Shown here in pieces: positions 21,739 to 33,980 of a stretch of DNA of 64,000 bases; position 1 is the first letter of the stretch, and each line of letters begins with the position of its first letter. A program made the translations under genes and the position numbers. The notes beneath the pieces were generated by a model. That model was not told the origin of the DNA. It worked only from the letters and a program-made list of their open reading frames with translations, and did not search any database. Source of the DNA: Heteronotia binoei. Taxonomy: Eukaryota. The DNA lies in contig NC_083223.1 of assembly GCF_032191835.1 (NCBI RefSeq), forward strand, positions 20,894,001-20,958,000, read 5' to 3'.

Positions 21739-24277
21739 GTAAAGTATAGCCAAACACTTACTGAGTTCTTTCTTGATAGCTAGATTCGAGTCCTGTAGCA
21801 CTGTGAAGACGGACAGGATGGGGTGGGTGGGTAATAAACACCTGAGAATTAGTGCTCCCTTTGCCAGATACCCTTCTTGCTTGACAAAGGGAACTTTGAC
21901 CCTCAAAATCTTACACGCACACCCAAATCTTGTCCGTCTCTAAGGTGCTACTGGACTCAAATCTAGCTGTTCTACTGCAGACTGATATGGCTGCCCTCTG
22001 CAAATGAATTCTTGATGCTGATCCTCTAAGACTCTTCAGCTGCCACATTTTATACCAGCTTCCTCCCTCGGCCAAGCATATATGGCTCCATGTGATACGG
22101 TGTTCCCTGCAGCATAATAAAGCAGGGCCCTCCCAAAAGTAATTTGCTACGTTGCTTTTACTCCTGCTGACCAGCCTTACTCTTTTTGTCTGGGAAAAGT
22201 TGGGCTGCCTCCCCCCAGCAATACGCATCGGCATTCCACCCTCTGGTTGAGGTAGTCTCCCCCCTCCCCACAATTCTTGGTTAAATATGTCTTTCGAGAT
22301 CATAATAGTTAGGAGCTTTTTTTTGAGCAGGAACGCACAGAAATGTAGTTTCAGCTAGCTTGGCGTCAGGGGTGCATGGCCTAATATGCAAATGAGTTCC
22401 TGCTGGACTTTTTCGTCCAAAAAAGCCCTGGTTACACATCCACCTCTGTTTTATCTCTGGAGCTCTAAACCTAGAACAGGATAAAAGTACATGAAATGAA
22501 AGGTTTGGGATTCTCACACTACTTCCTTTGCGGGCGATTCTAAAGCCATTTGTGCTCTTTTAATTAGGAAACACTGTAAAATATTAATATATAACATAAT
22601 CAACCATCAGTGGTATGTAGTCATTATCCCCATATTCTCAAACAGTTGTTTAAAATTGGAACCGATAGCACAAAAGTGAGCGTTTGCTTTTCCTGCTATC
22701 GTTCTGGAATGAGATTTCTCTATTCGTGGTTCAGCCCCCTGTTTTTTTGTGTATAACAGACTTGTTTAGATGCAAGTGCAATCCACCCCAGTCCTTTTCA
22801 AGCAATCCGCAATCTTGTGGTTTTTAGTGGTGAATTCATTGAAAATTCCAAATCTGGGAAAGCGAGCAGGGAGGGCATCACTGGCTCTTCCTCCTCCTTT
22901 CATCTGCTGAATTGATCTGTGTAGGGCAAGTCACATTTGTGAAATATGCGGACTTCTTTTTTTGATATTGCAAGCTGCTTTGAGCCTGAGAAATAGCAAC
23001 CAAGTGAAATACACGGGAAGGGGGAAGTCGAAGTCAGATCGGTAGCCCTATGGGTACTGTGAGATGAGAGCAGTCACCGACTCGAAGAGATGTGAAATCA
23101 TGCAGTGAAGCTTCAAAAAAGCCTTAAAAGGCTTAAGGTTTCTAGAGAAGCCCGTACGCGTCTATGAACTTTTATAAGGATTTTTCTCACCTCCAAGAAT
23201 CTTCGGACAAGCCTCTGCACTCAGATGCAACGTGAGGAGGTGCGTCTTCTTCACCTCTAATACGGCAAAGCAGGAATAAACACCGAGGGAAGAGAGAAAA
23301 GAATTACGGTCGAAGGACTGGGTCTTTAAGAGTGTAACAAGTTTTTGTCGAGTAGCTTATCCTGCTCTTGTATGTTCTGTTTCTGCATGAATATATGTTG
23401 TGTATGAAATTTTGGTGAAACAATTTGATATTTAGTTCAAGTCTTTGGAGTGTTCTGCAGTTTTGTGGGACATTTTGCACGGCGGCTTGCTTCCTTGACT
23501 TCCCCCTTCCCGTGTATTTCACTTGGTTGCTATTGAGCCTGAGAAATGCAGATGAAGAGTGCCCTAATCTTTCTGAAATATTGACCCTTCTGTGTAGCTG
23601 ATGCCCTTTCAGTGACCATGGAAGCAGCCTCCGCCTGCACTGCTATATCACCATCCCTTCTGTAGCTCTTTTCAAAGGGGTGCGGGTGGGAGATTTTTCA
23701 TGCGCCTGAGCAGAAATATTGTGCTGCTGGCCCATGAAGCATGTGTTAGGGATACTCCCTCTAAGCTGTGGAGTCTTGTGAGCACAAGTTCTACTTCGTG
23801 GGCGACTGGCATTAAAGTGGTGAGCTGCGGCATAAATTAGTTAGCTCTCGGGCCATTTCTCCTGAGCTGATTAAAAAAAAAAAAGGTGTGAGCTGGAGGT
23901 TAGAAAACTGCGCTAGCTCACACCAACTCAGCTTAGAGGGAACGCTAGTAGGGAGTGGAATCCATCCTCCAAAAGGGAGAGGCCAGGAATCAAGGCTACT
24001 TGGGCAGAGCTCCAGGAGGTCCATTGTATAGAGGTGACCTTGCTTTCAGCCAGCATTTATGTTAATGCTGCCACCCCTTTTGTTCTTGTTTTTACAGATT
24101 GGAACAGGAAATGCACAAGCCAAAATTGCTTGGAGACAGTTTTAGTTCCAGACTGTTGCCCAGAGGTGTTTGTTTGGGGGAAGGGCTTCCCTCGGGAGAA
24201 TAAGACGTGTCGCCACTGGTAGCTTGGATGGTGGGATGCTAATAAACAGGCAAACTTTATAATTTTTTTGTTGGCAG

Positions 24278-24344
24278 AGTGAAAAGGAGAAGATCGCAGA
24301 GGACAGCCTGCAAGCCTTAAGGAAAAAACAGGAGCGGCAGAAAG
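24278..24344 (+). CDS. PHF11: PHF11 coding exon 6: SEKEKIAEDSLQALRKKQERQK
   Basis: CAG acceptor, GTATAT donor, 67 nt, phase 0-1; keeps the frame into the conserved exon 7. Confidence 0.7.
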
Positions 24345-24352
24345 GTATATGA

Positions 24353-24654
24353 CAAGGGTGGACAAACTTGCTTAACGTAAGAGCCACATAGAATAAATGC
24401 CAGATGTTTTGAGAGCCATGAGACAGGAGCGTCAGATGTTTGAGAGAAGGAAGGAAGGAAAGGAGGGAAAGCAAATAGATGGGGAAGAGAGAGGTAGAAA
24501 GAAAGCAACTTTGAATGCATCCAAGCCACTGGCTGGCTTGGCTTGGAAAAGTGATTTAGAGAGAGATTTGCCTTCTCCGAGCCAGCTTCGAGAGCCACAC
24601 AATATGTGTGAAAGAGCCACATGTGGCTCCCAAGCCACAGTTTGGCCACCCCTG
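24353..24654. mobile_element. Non-autonomous hAT element
   Basis: TIRs caagggtggacaaac / gtttggccacccctg; TSD gtatatga / gtctatga. Confidence 0.85.
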
Positions 24655-25522
24655 GTCTATGACTTTTGCTATCTCTTGACACTGATGGATCAGAACAGCC
24701 TGTGAAAGGACAGCATCTCTTTGGATGGTGGCATCCCATTGTTGAGATCGGTGGCCAGATGTTGCTCTCGCTACAGCACAGCACTGTTCCCAAACACAGC
24801 AAGTAAGAATATGACATGAATGAATGAATAGCATGGTGGCACCTGACTAAAGTAAAGGGATGCACTGTGGGATTTGTTGGGGAATAAGGCTATTCTGCCC
24901 TTGATTAAGAATCAAGCCTGCTTTCGCCCATTTTACCCAAAGGAGCTCAGCAGTGTTGCATGGTCCTGCTCTCCCCCGTTTTACCCTCACAGCAGCCCTG
25001 TGAAGCAGGCTAGGTTGTGTGCCTGTCTCATGGGTAAGGAGCGAGAAAATGAGGGATTCTCTATTGTTTTAGAGTAGTTGCTGTCCTTGAGTAATAGAAA
25101 GCCTGGAGAACAGAGAGGGAAAGTGGGTGGAGCTTTGTATGCCTCTGCACTGTGGTTTGCTGTGCCAAGTAAGGGGGGGGGCCTGGCCAATGACAGCCTC
25201 AACTCTGATAGGGACAGTCAGTCATAAGCTACTCTCTTGTTGAAACTTAAATGGCACGAGAGGAGGCAGGAAGAGTTTGTTTCTGAACTCCTTTGTTAGC
25301 CTTGTGGAGAAATGCAAGGTCCATTGGCAGAACTCTGGCAGAGCAATGTGGTGGAAACAGAAGCCGTTGCCTCTCGAAAGGAAATGTTCCTGGGCTTTTG
25401 AACGTGGGCCTTCAAGCATCTCGGAAATCACGTGTGACTTTAGTAAAAGGTTTTCTAACAGCGGCAAGCGACAGAGCCAGGAAAGCGATTCCACTAAAGG
25501 TGCATTTCTTTCTGTTACTTAG

Positions 25523-25645
25523 TCAGGGTAGAGTTCTTGAGGAAATGCAAGCGGGCTGGGCTTCTCGATGAAATCTTCGAAGAGATGCTGGACACCCTAC
25601 ACCTGGCGCAGGAAAAGCTGATGGACGACAACACTCCAGATGCAG
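25523..25645 (+). CDS. PHF11: PHF11 coding exon 7: (V)RVEFLRKCKRAGLLDEIFEEMLDTLHLAQEKLMDDNTPDA
   Basis: Recognisable PHF11 C-terminal motif FL.KCK.AGLL....EKLMD; 123 nt, phase 1-1. Confidence 0.92.
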
Positions 25646-26264
25646 GTACTGCAAGCAGGCCCGCTTTCCTCACTGCCCCTCTTGAGGCAGCCACCTGCAA
25701 ACAAGAGCCTTTTGCTCAGAGGAAGAGAAGGGCCGACTCACCTATCACAGTCTAGCTTCCTGGTCCACACTGAGCAAATTCTGAATGCCTCAAGCGTTGG
25801 ACTCCTCCCCCCTTGCAGGAACAGGATACGTATCTGCTGTTAAACCAGAAATGAGCAAGTACCCGGTAGTTATTCATTACAAAAGTAAGAGTGAAAACCT
25901 CAGTATCTAGATTTCAGATCCCTTTTCTGATAGATCTCTTCAGGGGGTTGGTTTGGGAGGAAATGATTATTTTTGGCCTCACTTAACTTGGGGGAGGTTG
26001 AGTTACTGACCTGCCATTATGCAGGGCCTTTTTGGTAGGAAAAAGCTCAGCAGGAACTCATTTGCATATCAGGCCGCACCCCTGATGCCAAGCCAGCCAG
26101 AACTGCATTCCTGCTCAAAAAATAGCCTTGCCATTGTGGAATTTGAGTATCTGATGAAAAATTATGGAATCTGAGTGTCTGATGAAAAACGTGTCTGATC
26201 TTGAGAGAAGTCTCTCTGGGAACATCTTTGATGGTTTTGCGGGGAGGGGGTATTTTTTGTAGTT

Positions 26265-26472
26265 TGTGTGTGTCTCTGCACCTGTAAATCATGGCGACTT
26301 CTAGTGACTGACCCTTACTAGAGGTCTGGAGGACAGCTGGATAAAGCCTGCCCCCGCCTTCCTGACTTGGTATTTCAAGGAGGTCCTCCTATCCAAAGTA
26401 CTAACCAGAGTCGATCCTGCTTAGCTCCTGAGATCTGACGATAGAGCTTGCCTGGGCTCTCCAGGTCAGAGC
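26265..26472 (-). mobile_element. 5S rRNA-derived SINE
   Basis: Same layout as 11867-12085. Confidence 0.8.
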
Positions 26473-26863
26473 AAATATCTTTGGTGCTTGATGCAGACCA
26501 GCTAAAGGCTGGTGTTAAAATGCAGTGACCTGCAGCCATGGAGAGTGCGTTTCCCTTCCGTTGCATTCCCAAATCTGTTGCTTGAGATGGACTGTCTCGC
26601 CCTGCCAGCTACTCTGCTCTTGGTCCAGTGAGAAGTGAAACCCACTTAGCAGTCTGGATGGGCAGCCCCAGCCCCTCTTCCAGTAAAACAAAATGCCACC
26701 GTTGTTGTTCAGTAGGTCAGCCTGAATATATTTATGTGCCAGATCTGGGGATTGTGCAGCAACCTCAGGCTTGTACCTTTTCATTTTGCCATGGCAGGCA
26801 GGGAATATAAATTTTCCCATTCTGCTGGAATATTTTTTGCACGATGAAGCTTCTGGGGCCTTG

Positions 26864-27094
26864 GATTGATTCCCCACTAGCCTTATGCCGCTCTCACACT
26901 CCTCTCCTCTGCGGGGCTCCTGTCAGATTTTACACTATCTGCCCTCGGGCTGCAACTAGCTTCTTCGTTTTCGTGCGGCAAACAGAAACTGTTTTTTTGA
27001 GGATCTTGTTTGCTGCGCGAAAGAGGCAGAGCGAGTTGCAGCCCCGCAGAGGAGAGGAGCGTGAGAGCGGCATAAGGCTAGTGGGGAATCGATG
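26864..27094. mobile_element. MITE-like palindrome, superfamily unclear
   Basis: 48-bp inverted arms at 26871-26918 and 27040-27087 (1 mismatch), plus inner inverted segments. Confidence 0.7.
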
Positions 27095-27168
27095 TTGATG
27101 TCATTGCTACTCAATTTAGAGCAATTCAGCTAAAAAGCATAACACTCGAATGTGCAAGTTTTAGACTA

Positions 27169-27941
27169 CCGTATTTTTCGGACCATAAGGCGCTCCTGAC
27201 CATAGGATGCACCTTCCTCCTGGGGGGTGATCCGCTGCCTCCGCCTCCGATCCCGGTGCTTCCCCCGCGCCTGCCTGCCTGGCCCCAGCTTCTTCCAGCA
27301 AGCGCTGGGATTGCTCCACGCTGCCCCCACCGCAAACCGAGCGCCGGCTGCAGAGAGGGCAGCGTGCTTCCTCCGTGCCTGTCTGCCTGGCTCCAGCTCT
27401 GACACTTACAGCAAGCGCCAGGATCGCTCCCTCTGCCCTCCGATCCCAGCGCTTGCTTTAAGCATCAGAGCTGAAGCCAGGCAGACAGGCATGGAGGAAG
27501 CACCCGCCCCCTCCGCAAACCCAGCGCTTCGCGAGCGCCGGCTGTGGAGGGGGCGGCGTGCTTTCTCCGTGCCTGTCTGCCTGGCTCCAGCTCTGATGCT
27601 TAAAGCAAGCGCTGGGATTGGAGGGCAGAGGGAGCGATCCTGGCGCTTGCTGTAAGCGTCAGAGCTGGAGCCAGGCAGACAGGCACGGAGGAAGCACGCT
27701 GCCCTCTCTGCAGCCGGCGCTCGGTTTACGGTGGGGGCAGCGTGGAGCGATCCCAGCGCTTGCTGGAAGAAGCTGGAGCCAGGCAGGCAGGTGCGGGGGA
27801 AGCGCCGGGATCAGAGGCGGAGGCAACGGATCGCCCCTCCCCCCCCCGAGGAAGGTACCTTTGCTCCATAAGATGCACACACTTCCCCCCCACACTTTTT
27901 TTTGGGGGGGGGGAGTGCGTCTTATGGTCCGAAAAATACAG
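27169..27941. mobile_element. Tc1/mariner (Tigger/pogo-like) non-autonomous foldback element
   Basis: TIRs ccgtatttttcggaccataag / cttatggtccgaaaaatacag; TA TSD at 27167-68 and 27942-43; GC-rich internal inverted repeats. Confidence 0.85.
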
Positions 27942-28111
27942 TATATCTCATCCTTAATAATTCTGGGCCTAAATTTCGTTCCCAGCTTGGATTAAAATGG
28001 AACACACCTCGCTAATGCAAATTGATAGTTCCTGACACTAAAGTCAGTGTCAAAACAATACTTTTCTCTGATACAAAAATGTTTCTCTTTTTTTTGTCTT
28101 TTTGCCCTCAG

Positions 28112-28183
28112 AATATGAAGAGACGGTAATATCCCTTTTTGACTGTGGCTTGTTTGAAAACATTCTTGCAAATACACATTCCG
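28112..28183 (+). CDS. PHF11: PHF11 coding exon 8: (E)YEETVISLFDCGLFENILANTHS
   Basis: 72 nt, phase 1-1; YEE...LFDC.LFE motif of PHF11. Confidence 0.92.
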
Positions 28184-28552
28184 GTAGGTATGAAACAAAG
28201 TCCATCTCTGCTGCAAGTGTAGAGGCAGGGTGGCCCTTAAATTGCTAGGCTAACCCTGAGGCACAAGGGAGCCCTCGAGCGTATCACTCACTGGCACAAC
28301 TGAGGTGTTGTGAGATAGTGTATTCTCAAGTCCAACTGAAATAGTGCTCTTCAAGATAGTGGAGTCAGGTTGGCCTCTTCCCCCCAGCACCTGCTGAGTG
28401 TTGACATGTTTGTTTTGAGGGCTGGAAACAGGAGCTCTTGCTGCCTGCCAGAGGAATCCTACCCGCTATTTCTGGCATAAGTAGCAGTTTGTTTCCCCGT
28501 GTCATGGTTTCCATGAAAGTTTGAAATCTTGAAAATTTCCAGCTTGTCACCA

Positions 28553-28813
28553 TTTGAAGAAGATGACCGCAGATTTATACCCTGCCCTTCTCTCTGAATC
28601 AGAGACTCAGAGCAGCTTACAATCTCCCATATCTTCTCCCCCCACAACAGACACCCTGTGAGGTGGATGGGGCTGAGAGGGCTCTCACAGCAGCTGCCCT
28701 TTCAAGGACAACCTCTGCCAGAGCTATGGCTGACCCAAGGCCATTCCAGCAGGTGCAGGTGGAGGAGTGGGGAATCAAACCTGGTTCTCCCAGATAAGAG
28801 TCCGCGCACTTAA
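28553..28813 (-). mobile_element. Squam3-like SINE
   Basis: Homologous to 797-1076. Confidence 0.85.
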
Positions 28814-28945
28814 CCACTACAGCGAACTGGCTCTCCTTGTAGCTAGTTAATGTGGCTATCTCTAGAAGTCTTATGTCATCTAGCAGTCTATTGATAGTGC
28901 TCTTCAACAAATTGCATTGCATTTATTAATAAGCATCTTATACAG

Positions 28946-29073
28946 GAACAGAGGAAAAAATTCAGGAACTACTGGAAACGCGGAAAAGACTGGATACCCA
29001 GATAGAGCTTCTAAAAGATCTGAAAGTTGTGCTACCTGCTCCAGAAGATGCGTCTAACTGTACTTCTGAATAA
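28946..29073 (+). CDS. PHF11: PHF11 last coding exon: (G)TEEKIQELLETRKRLDTQIELLKDLKVVLPAPEDASNCTSE*
   Basis: CAG acceptor; coiled-coil IELL.DLK motif; TAA at 29071-73. Nine exons sum to 852 nt with an open frame. Confidence 0.9.
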
Positions 29074-29804
29074 CCAGCATTTTTTTTGCAGTACAGCTCC
29101 TGTGTTTTCTCTCGACTTTAGAATACACAGGCGGCCATCTACTGGCTGGCTTTTCATACCTCTTTCGTGCTGTCCTTTCCTGTGGCTTGAGAGAGATGGG
29201 TTTTTTTACAGGAAAAAACAATCATTTTGTATGCCGGCTGCCCTGTCCAAGCATTGTGACTCCTTCCTTCCTTCTGTCTACACCCAACCTGACAGGCAAT
29301 CTGCTCAGTTTACCGCAGGCTGTCTTCTGACCAGTCGTAGAAGATGGTACTGACCAATCGCCTTGGCCCTTGAAGGTCTTCACAAACGGAGCTCTGCCCC
29401 GCCACCTCTGTAGCTTGCACCGGAGACTCTGGCAAACGACTTGTGCTAACTTTCTGACACTTCACTTCCTTCCTATTTGTTCCTCAGGACCCATGAACAG
29501 GATGTAAGAGAGACGAGGAATCATGCTTGTATGACTGTCCAAAGAGAATCGGTCAAATCTTGCACTTTTTACGTATGTTTTTTAATAGAACGCAATGTGT
29601 AAAAATTCAAGTGGTTGTAACTGTGACTGAGGGCAGGGCGTTCGTTGGGTATGGATCCCAGCAACGACTTGGCCTCATCCTGTGAAAATGTGTTTTAAGC
29701 AAATCAGAAGTTTACAAGTGTAGGCATTGATGTATTAAAGATTATTATGCCCAGAATCCTTTAAATACTGATGCATTGCTTAGGTATACAATTGCAAAAT
29801 GTTT

Positions 29805-29827
29805 AATAAAAGATCTTTTATAATAAA
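29805..29827 (+). terminator. Candidate PHF11 polyadenylation signals
   Basis: AATAAA at 29805-29810 and 29822-29827 in an AT-rich 3' region. Confidence 0.6.
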
Positions 29828-29919
29828 AGTACATGGTAGTTGTTGAGGGCCTTCCAGGCTGTCTTTTAAAGCTAAAGGGTAAATACTGGAACTGTATCCT
29901 CATTTTGGCAGGTGACTGA

Positions 29920-30197
29920 TAACATGTAAGGACATAAGAGAAGCCATATTGGATCAGGCCAATGGCCCATGAAGTCCAACACTGTCACACAGTAGCCAGA
30001 AAAACAGCTGCCATCAGGAAGTTCACTAGAAGCTGTCCCACTGTGCCCCCCCCCAAGCAGCAAGAATACAGAACATCACTGCCCCAGACAGAGTTCCATC
30101 TATACCCCGTGGCTAATAGCCACTGATGGACCTCTGCTCCATATGCTTATCCAATTCCCTTTTGAAGCTGTCTATGCTTGCAGCTGCCACCACCTCC
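29920..30197 (-). mobile_element. CR1 3' fragment
   Basis: Reverse complement of the 40200-40482 type 3' end. Confidence 0.8.
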
Positions 30198-30914
30198 TTT
30201 AGATGAAGTTGACAGAATGTCAGCCAGAGCTGTTGGTTTTGACAGACTCAAGCAGCCAGACTTAATGTTTTCTAAGTATGAGCATCAAGCTGATAGGCTC
30301 ATATGCATACTCTACCAGGCTGTTTCAGTACGGAATGCTAGAACACCCAACTGTGAATGGAGAAAAAAAATCGAATGGCCTTTAAGTTGCTTTTGGTACG
30401 GCCAAGACAGTAAACAGATGGGATCTTCTTATTGCAAGTCTAATGACCTGCACACACTACAGGGACTCGCAACTTTGTTGCACCTGTGGGCACTTTGGGA
30501 ATACTAGAACATTAAAATGAGTGCCATCACAAAACATGAGGTTCTAAACCAAGCATGGTCCTATATTGGAGGCAGCTAATTTCCAAACGGTTGCTCCCTG
30601 CAAAGACAGGCAATGTCTCCTGTTCCAGCAAGAGGGTGGGGGGGGGGAGTCAGGATATAATGATAACACTGCCACATTAGGAATCTCTCGTTTATGAGCT
30701 ATGTATATTTTTTTAAAAAACGTTTTCTGAATTAAGGGTTGCTGACATGAAAGAGAACATGAGAGAAGCCATGTTGGATCAGGCCAGTGGCCCATCCAGT
30801 CCAACACTCTTCAGCAATTTGTTCCCGAAGTCAGCTGACACAGAAACAGCCCCTCCCCTTAAAATCGCCATCCCTCTCTAAAAGAATTTGATGCACCAAT
30901 TTGCAAAACCTGTT

Positions 30915-30920
30915 TTTATT
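30915..30920 (-). terminator. Candidate RCBTB1 polyadenylation signal
   Basis: AATAAA on the minus strand, about 820 nt past the stop codon. Confidence 0.5.
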
Positions 30921-31740
30921 ACGAGGAACTCACACACAATTTCAGTACAGAGCATTTGCCCAGTTATCAGCTTCTCTACACCCTTTTCAGCCCCCCAAAA
31001 TAGGGCTGTAATTGTTCCCAGTCCAATGTATAATTTAACAGATTATATGGTGGGGGAGGGAGAAAAGTGGCACATTCAAGTTAATTAGGAAACAATGAAG
31101 TAGAACTTGCCCAGGTCTCTCTCTTTTTTTTTTTAAATTACAAAGATCAACTGAGACAAAATAACACATTTCCGCCCCCTCCCCACACCTCAGATATCAA
31201 TATATACAAGTCTGTTCCAGCAGCTACCTTCAAATACACAAGTGAAGCTGGAAGGTGGTACATTTGCATTTTACACACAAGGCAAAAAAAATAAAAACTT
31301 GTCCCTTCCTCTTAATTCCATTTGGCGATGCATGTTTGCACCAGATGCTCATGGGGCCAACAAATACACAAGCGTCCCCCCCCCAGAAGTTTATCTGCCA
31401 GTTTCAATAGGCTACGCTGAGCAAGCCCAACGTGTAGTCCCAGAAGACTAGTCCCTGTGAAGATCTTGCACCGGCAGTTCCTGCTAATATCTTTTGTTTG
31501 CTCAAGAGAAAAGAAGCGCCCTAACAGCTAGGGCTGTCCAGTCTTCGCTGCTTTCGTTGGAAGATCCTCTCAAATCACCGTTAGGGGAAGAGTGGGGGGG
31601 GGGCTTTTTAATTTGACGTCTTGTAACTCACTGATACAAGGCAAGAGAAAATTTCATGTTCTGCGCAGGCACGCCAGTGTATGAAGTCACCGTACCAGCT
31701 ACAGCCGCGCCATCCCATACCAAGACAAGAGCTACGTTTC

Positions 31741-31881
<141 letters not shown>

Positions 31882-32336
31882 CTAGACACAAAACGAGACA
31901 AAAAAAAGGCCTTTTTATTAGCTTCCGTCATCTAAGAGAAGCTTTTAAAAACCAAGCAAATCAAATTGTTTTCATACAGGTGTCACCGTCACAGCGCCGC
32001 TAAAAGATCACCAATTGGGACAAAGAGTTTTGGAACAAAGAGCTGGTTTCCGAGGCCAAACTAACAGATCTGGGAATCAGTCCCAGAGGCTTTTCTTCAT
32101 TTGTATCACACATCTAAATGAAGAAATTTGGAAGTACGTTTGCTGCATTTCTGCAGGCCATAGATTTTGCATTATGACGTTCTGAGTGGCTATCACTATA
32201 GTTTTCAGCTTTTCTTTTGAGTTAAATTTTCGAGGCTCTCAGCTGAACAGTAAAACAGAAAATAAGACTACAACATACAGCAAATACGTATCATGGGTTG
32301 TTTTTATTCCAAGTTTGGGTAATACGAAAAACAAAA

Positions 32337-32405
32337 GGTTGTATTCTTGATGAACAAAAAGGCTGTATTCTTGACGGACAAAAGGGTTGTATTCTTGAGG
32401 GACAA
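32337..32405 (+). repeat. Short tandem repeat, 3 x 24 bp
   Basis: ggYtgtattcttga..gacaaaa repeated three times. Confidence 0.8.
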
Positions 32406-32617
32406 TACATTTTAAAAGATCAGAATTCTACAGAGAAAAAAAGAATCAACAACAATCTGTTTTTAAGCATACAGCTGGGTAGCCTGCTGAGAATAAACCT
32501 CAACAAAATGTCAACAAGAAAATAAAGACTGATAGCCTCATGACAAGTAAAATACGCATTGCTGAAACTTATCTGCAAACTAATGCTAATGAGGCCTAGA
32601 ATGCAATAAATCACGCA

Positions 32618-32803
32618 CAGGGGTTTTTTTTGTAGCAAGAATTTCTTTGCATATTAGGCCACACACCCCTGATGTAGCCAATCCTCCTGGAGCTTACTCG
32701 GCTCTTAGTACAGGGCCTACTGTAAGCTCTTGGAGGATTGGCTACATCAGGGGTGTGTGGCCTAATATGCAAAGGAGGAGTTCCTGCTACAAAAAAAGCC
32801 CTG
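32618..32803. mobile_element. Palindromic hAT MITE
   Basis: Hairpin; TSD atcacgca / gtcatgca. Confidence 0.85.
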
Positions 32804-33377
32804 GTCATGCAGCAATTGACTTCAAAAGGAACACTTGTCTCCTGGTATCTACCTGTCTATTTCCAGTGAAAGAAATGCCCTTCTGCAATTTGGGGGTACA
32901 ACTTCTGCCAATTCCCCTTTCCAGTGCAGAACCCACCCCCCATGTCTCCGTGTTGTTCACGTACCTCTGCAGACATCCCAGCACAAAAATTGAAAGGGGA
33001 ACTGAGAAAGTCTCGCTCTGCAAACTCTGCTTTACCCCCAGTTTTTGTAGGATACAAGCTAAAAAAACAAATTAATGGGTTGAAGAGAGAATGTGGTTCA
33101 TGTTTGTTGAAGGCACGCTGGGGACTTAGCAGGCTGTTCACATCTTACGGATGTTTTATGGAAGCCCCTTTAAAGTTATTCCTTGTGCCGATTCGGCCCG
33201 CAGCAATCCATTTGCAGAACAATTCACGGACTTCTGCTTGCTGGCGCCTTTCTGGGATGCTCTAGTGTGGAAACTGAACAGCAAACTCATACAATCTACC
33301 CTCTGCCAATGTCTGCCAGGCAGAACAATTTTCAGTGGTCTCCATGTAGGGGCCGTAACAAGATGATGAGAAGGGGG

Positions 33378-33561
33378 AGGACTTTTTTTGTAGCAGGAAC
33401 TCCTTTGCATATTAGGCCACACACCCCCTGATGTAGCCAATCCTCCTGGAGCTTACAGTAGGCCCTGTACTAACAGCCCTGTAAGATCCAGGAGGACTGG
33501 CTGCATTAGAGGTGTGTGGCCTAATATGCAAAGGCGTTCCTGCTACAAAAAAAAAGCCCTG
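33378..33561. mobile_element. Palindromic hAT MITE
   Basis: Hairpin; TSD gaaggggg / ggaggggg. Confidence 0.85.
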
Positions 33562-33799
33562 GGAGGGGGACCTAATTGGGAAGGGGAAATCATGAAAAAG
33601 AATCTGTGTTCCTTTTGGTAACTCTTCCAATCCACAGCCCTTGAAAAAAGCACTATGCAATTTGCCTGAAAAAAGCAAGATTATGCGCAGAAGCACCTGA
33701 GAGAAGAATTAAATATTCAGCGTAGAAGAAATCAAGTGCGTGGATTTTTCTACGCCGTTACATGGTTAGCCCTAGGGCTGTCACCCTATCTCTACTCAT

Positions 33800-33980
33800 C
33801 AGTGCCTTTTTGTAGCTGGAACTCCTTTGCATATTAGGTCACACACCCCTGATGTAGCCAATCCTCCAAGAGCTTACAGCAAGCCCTGTATGAAGAGCCC
33901 TGTAAGCTCCAGGAGGATTGGCTACATCAGGGGTGTGTGGCCTAATATGCAAAGGAGTTCCTGCTACAAAAAAAGCCCTG
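33800..33980. mobile_element. Palindromic hAT MITE
   Basis: Same family hairpin; TSD not evident. Confidence 0.8.
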
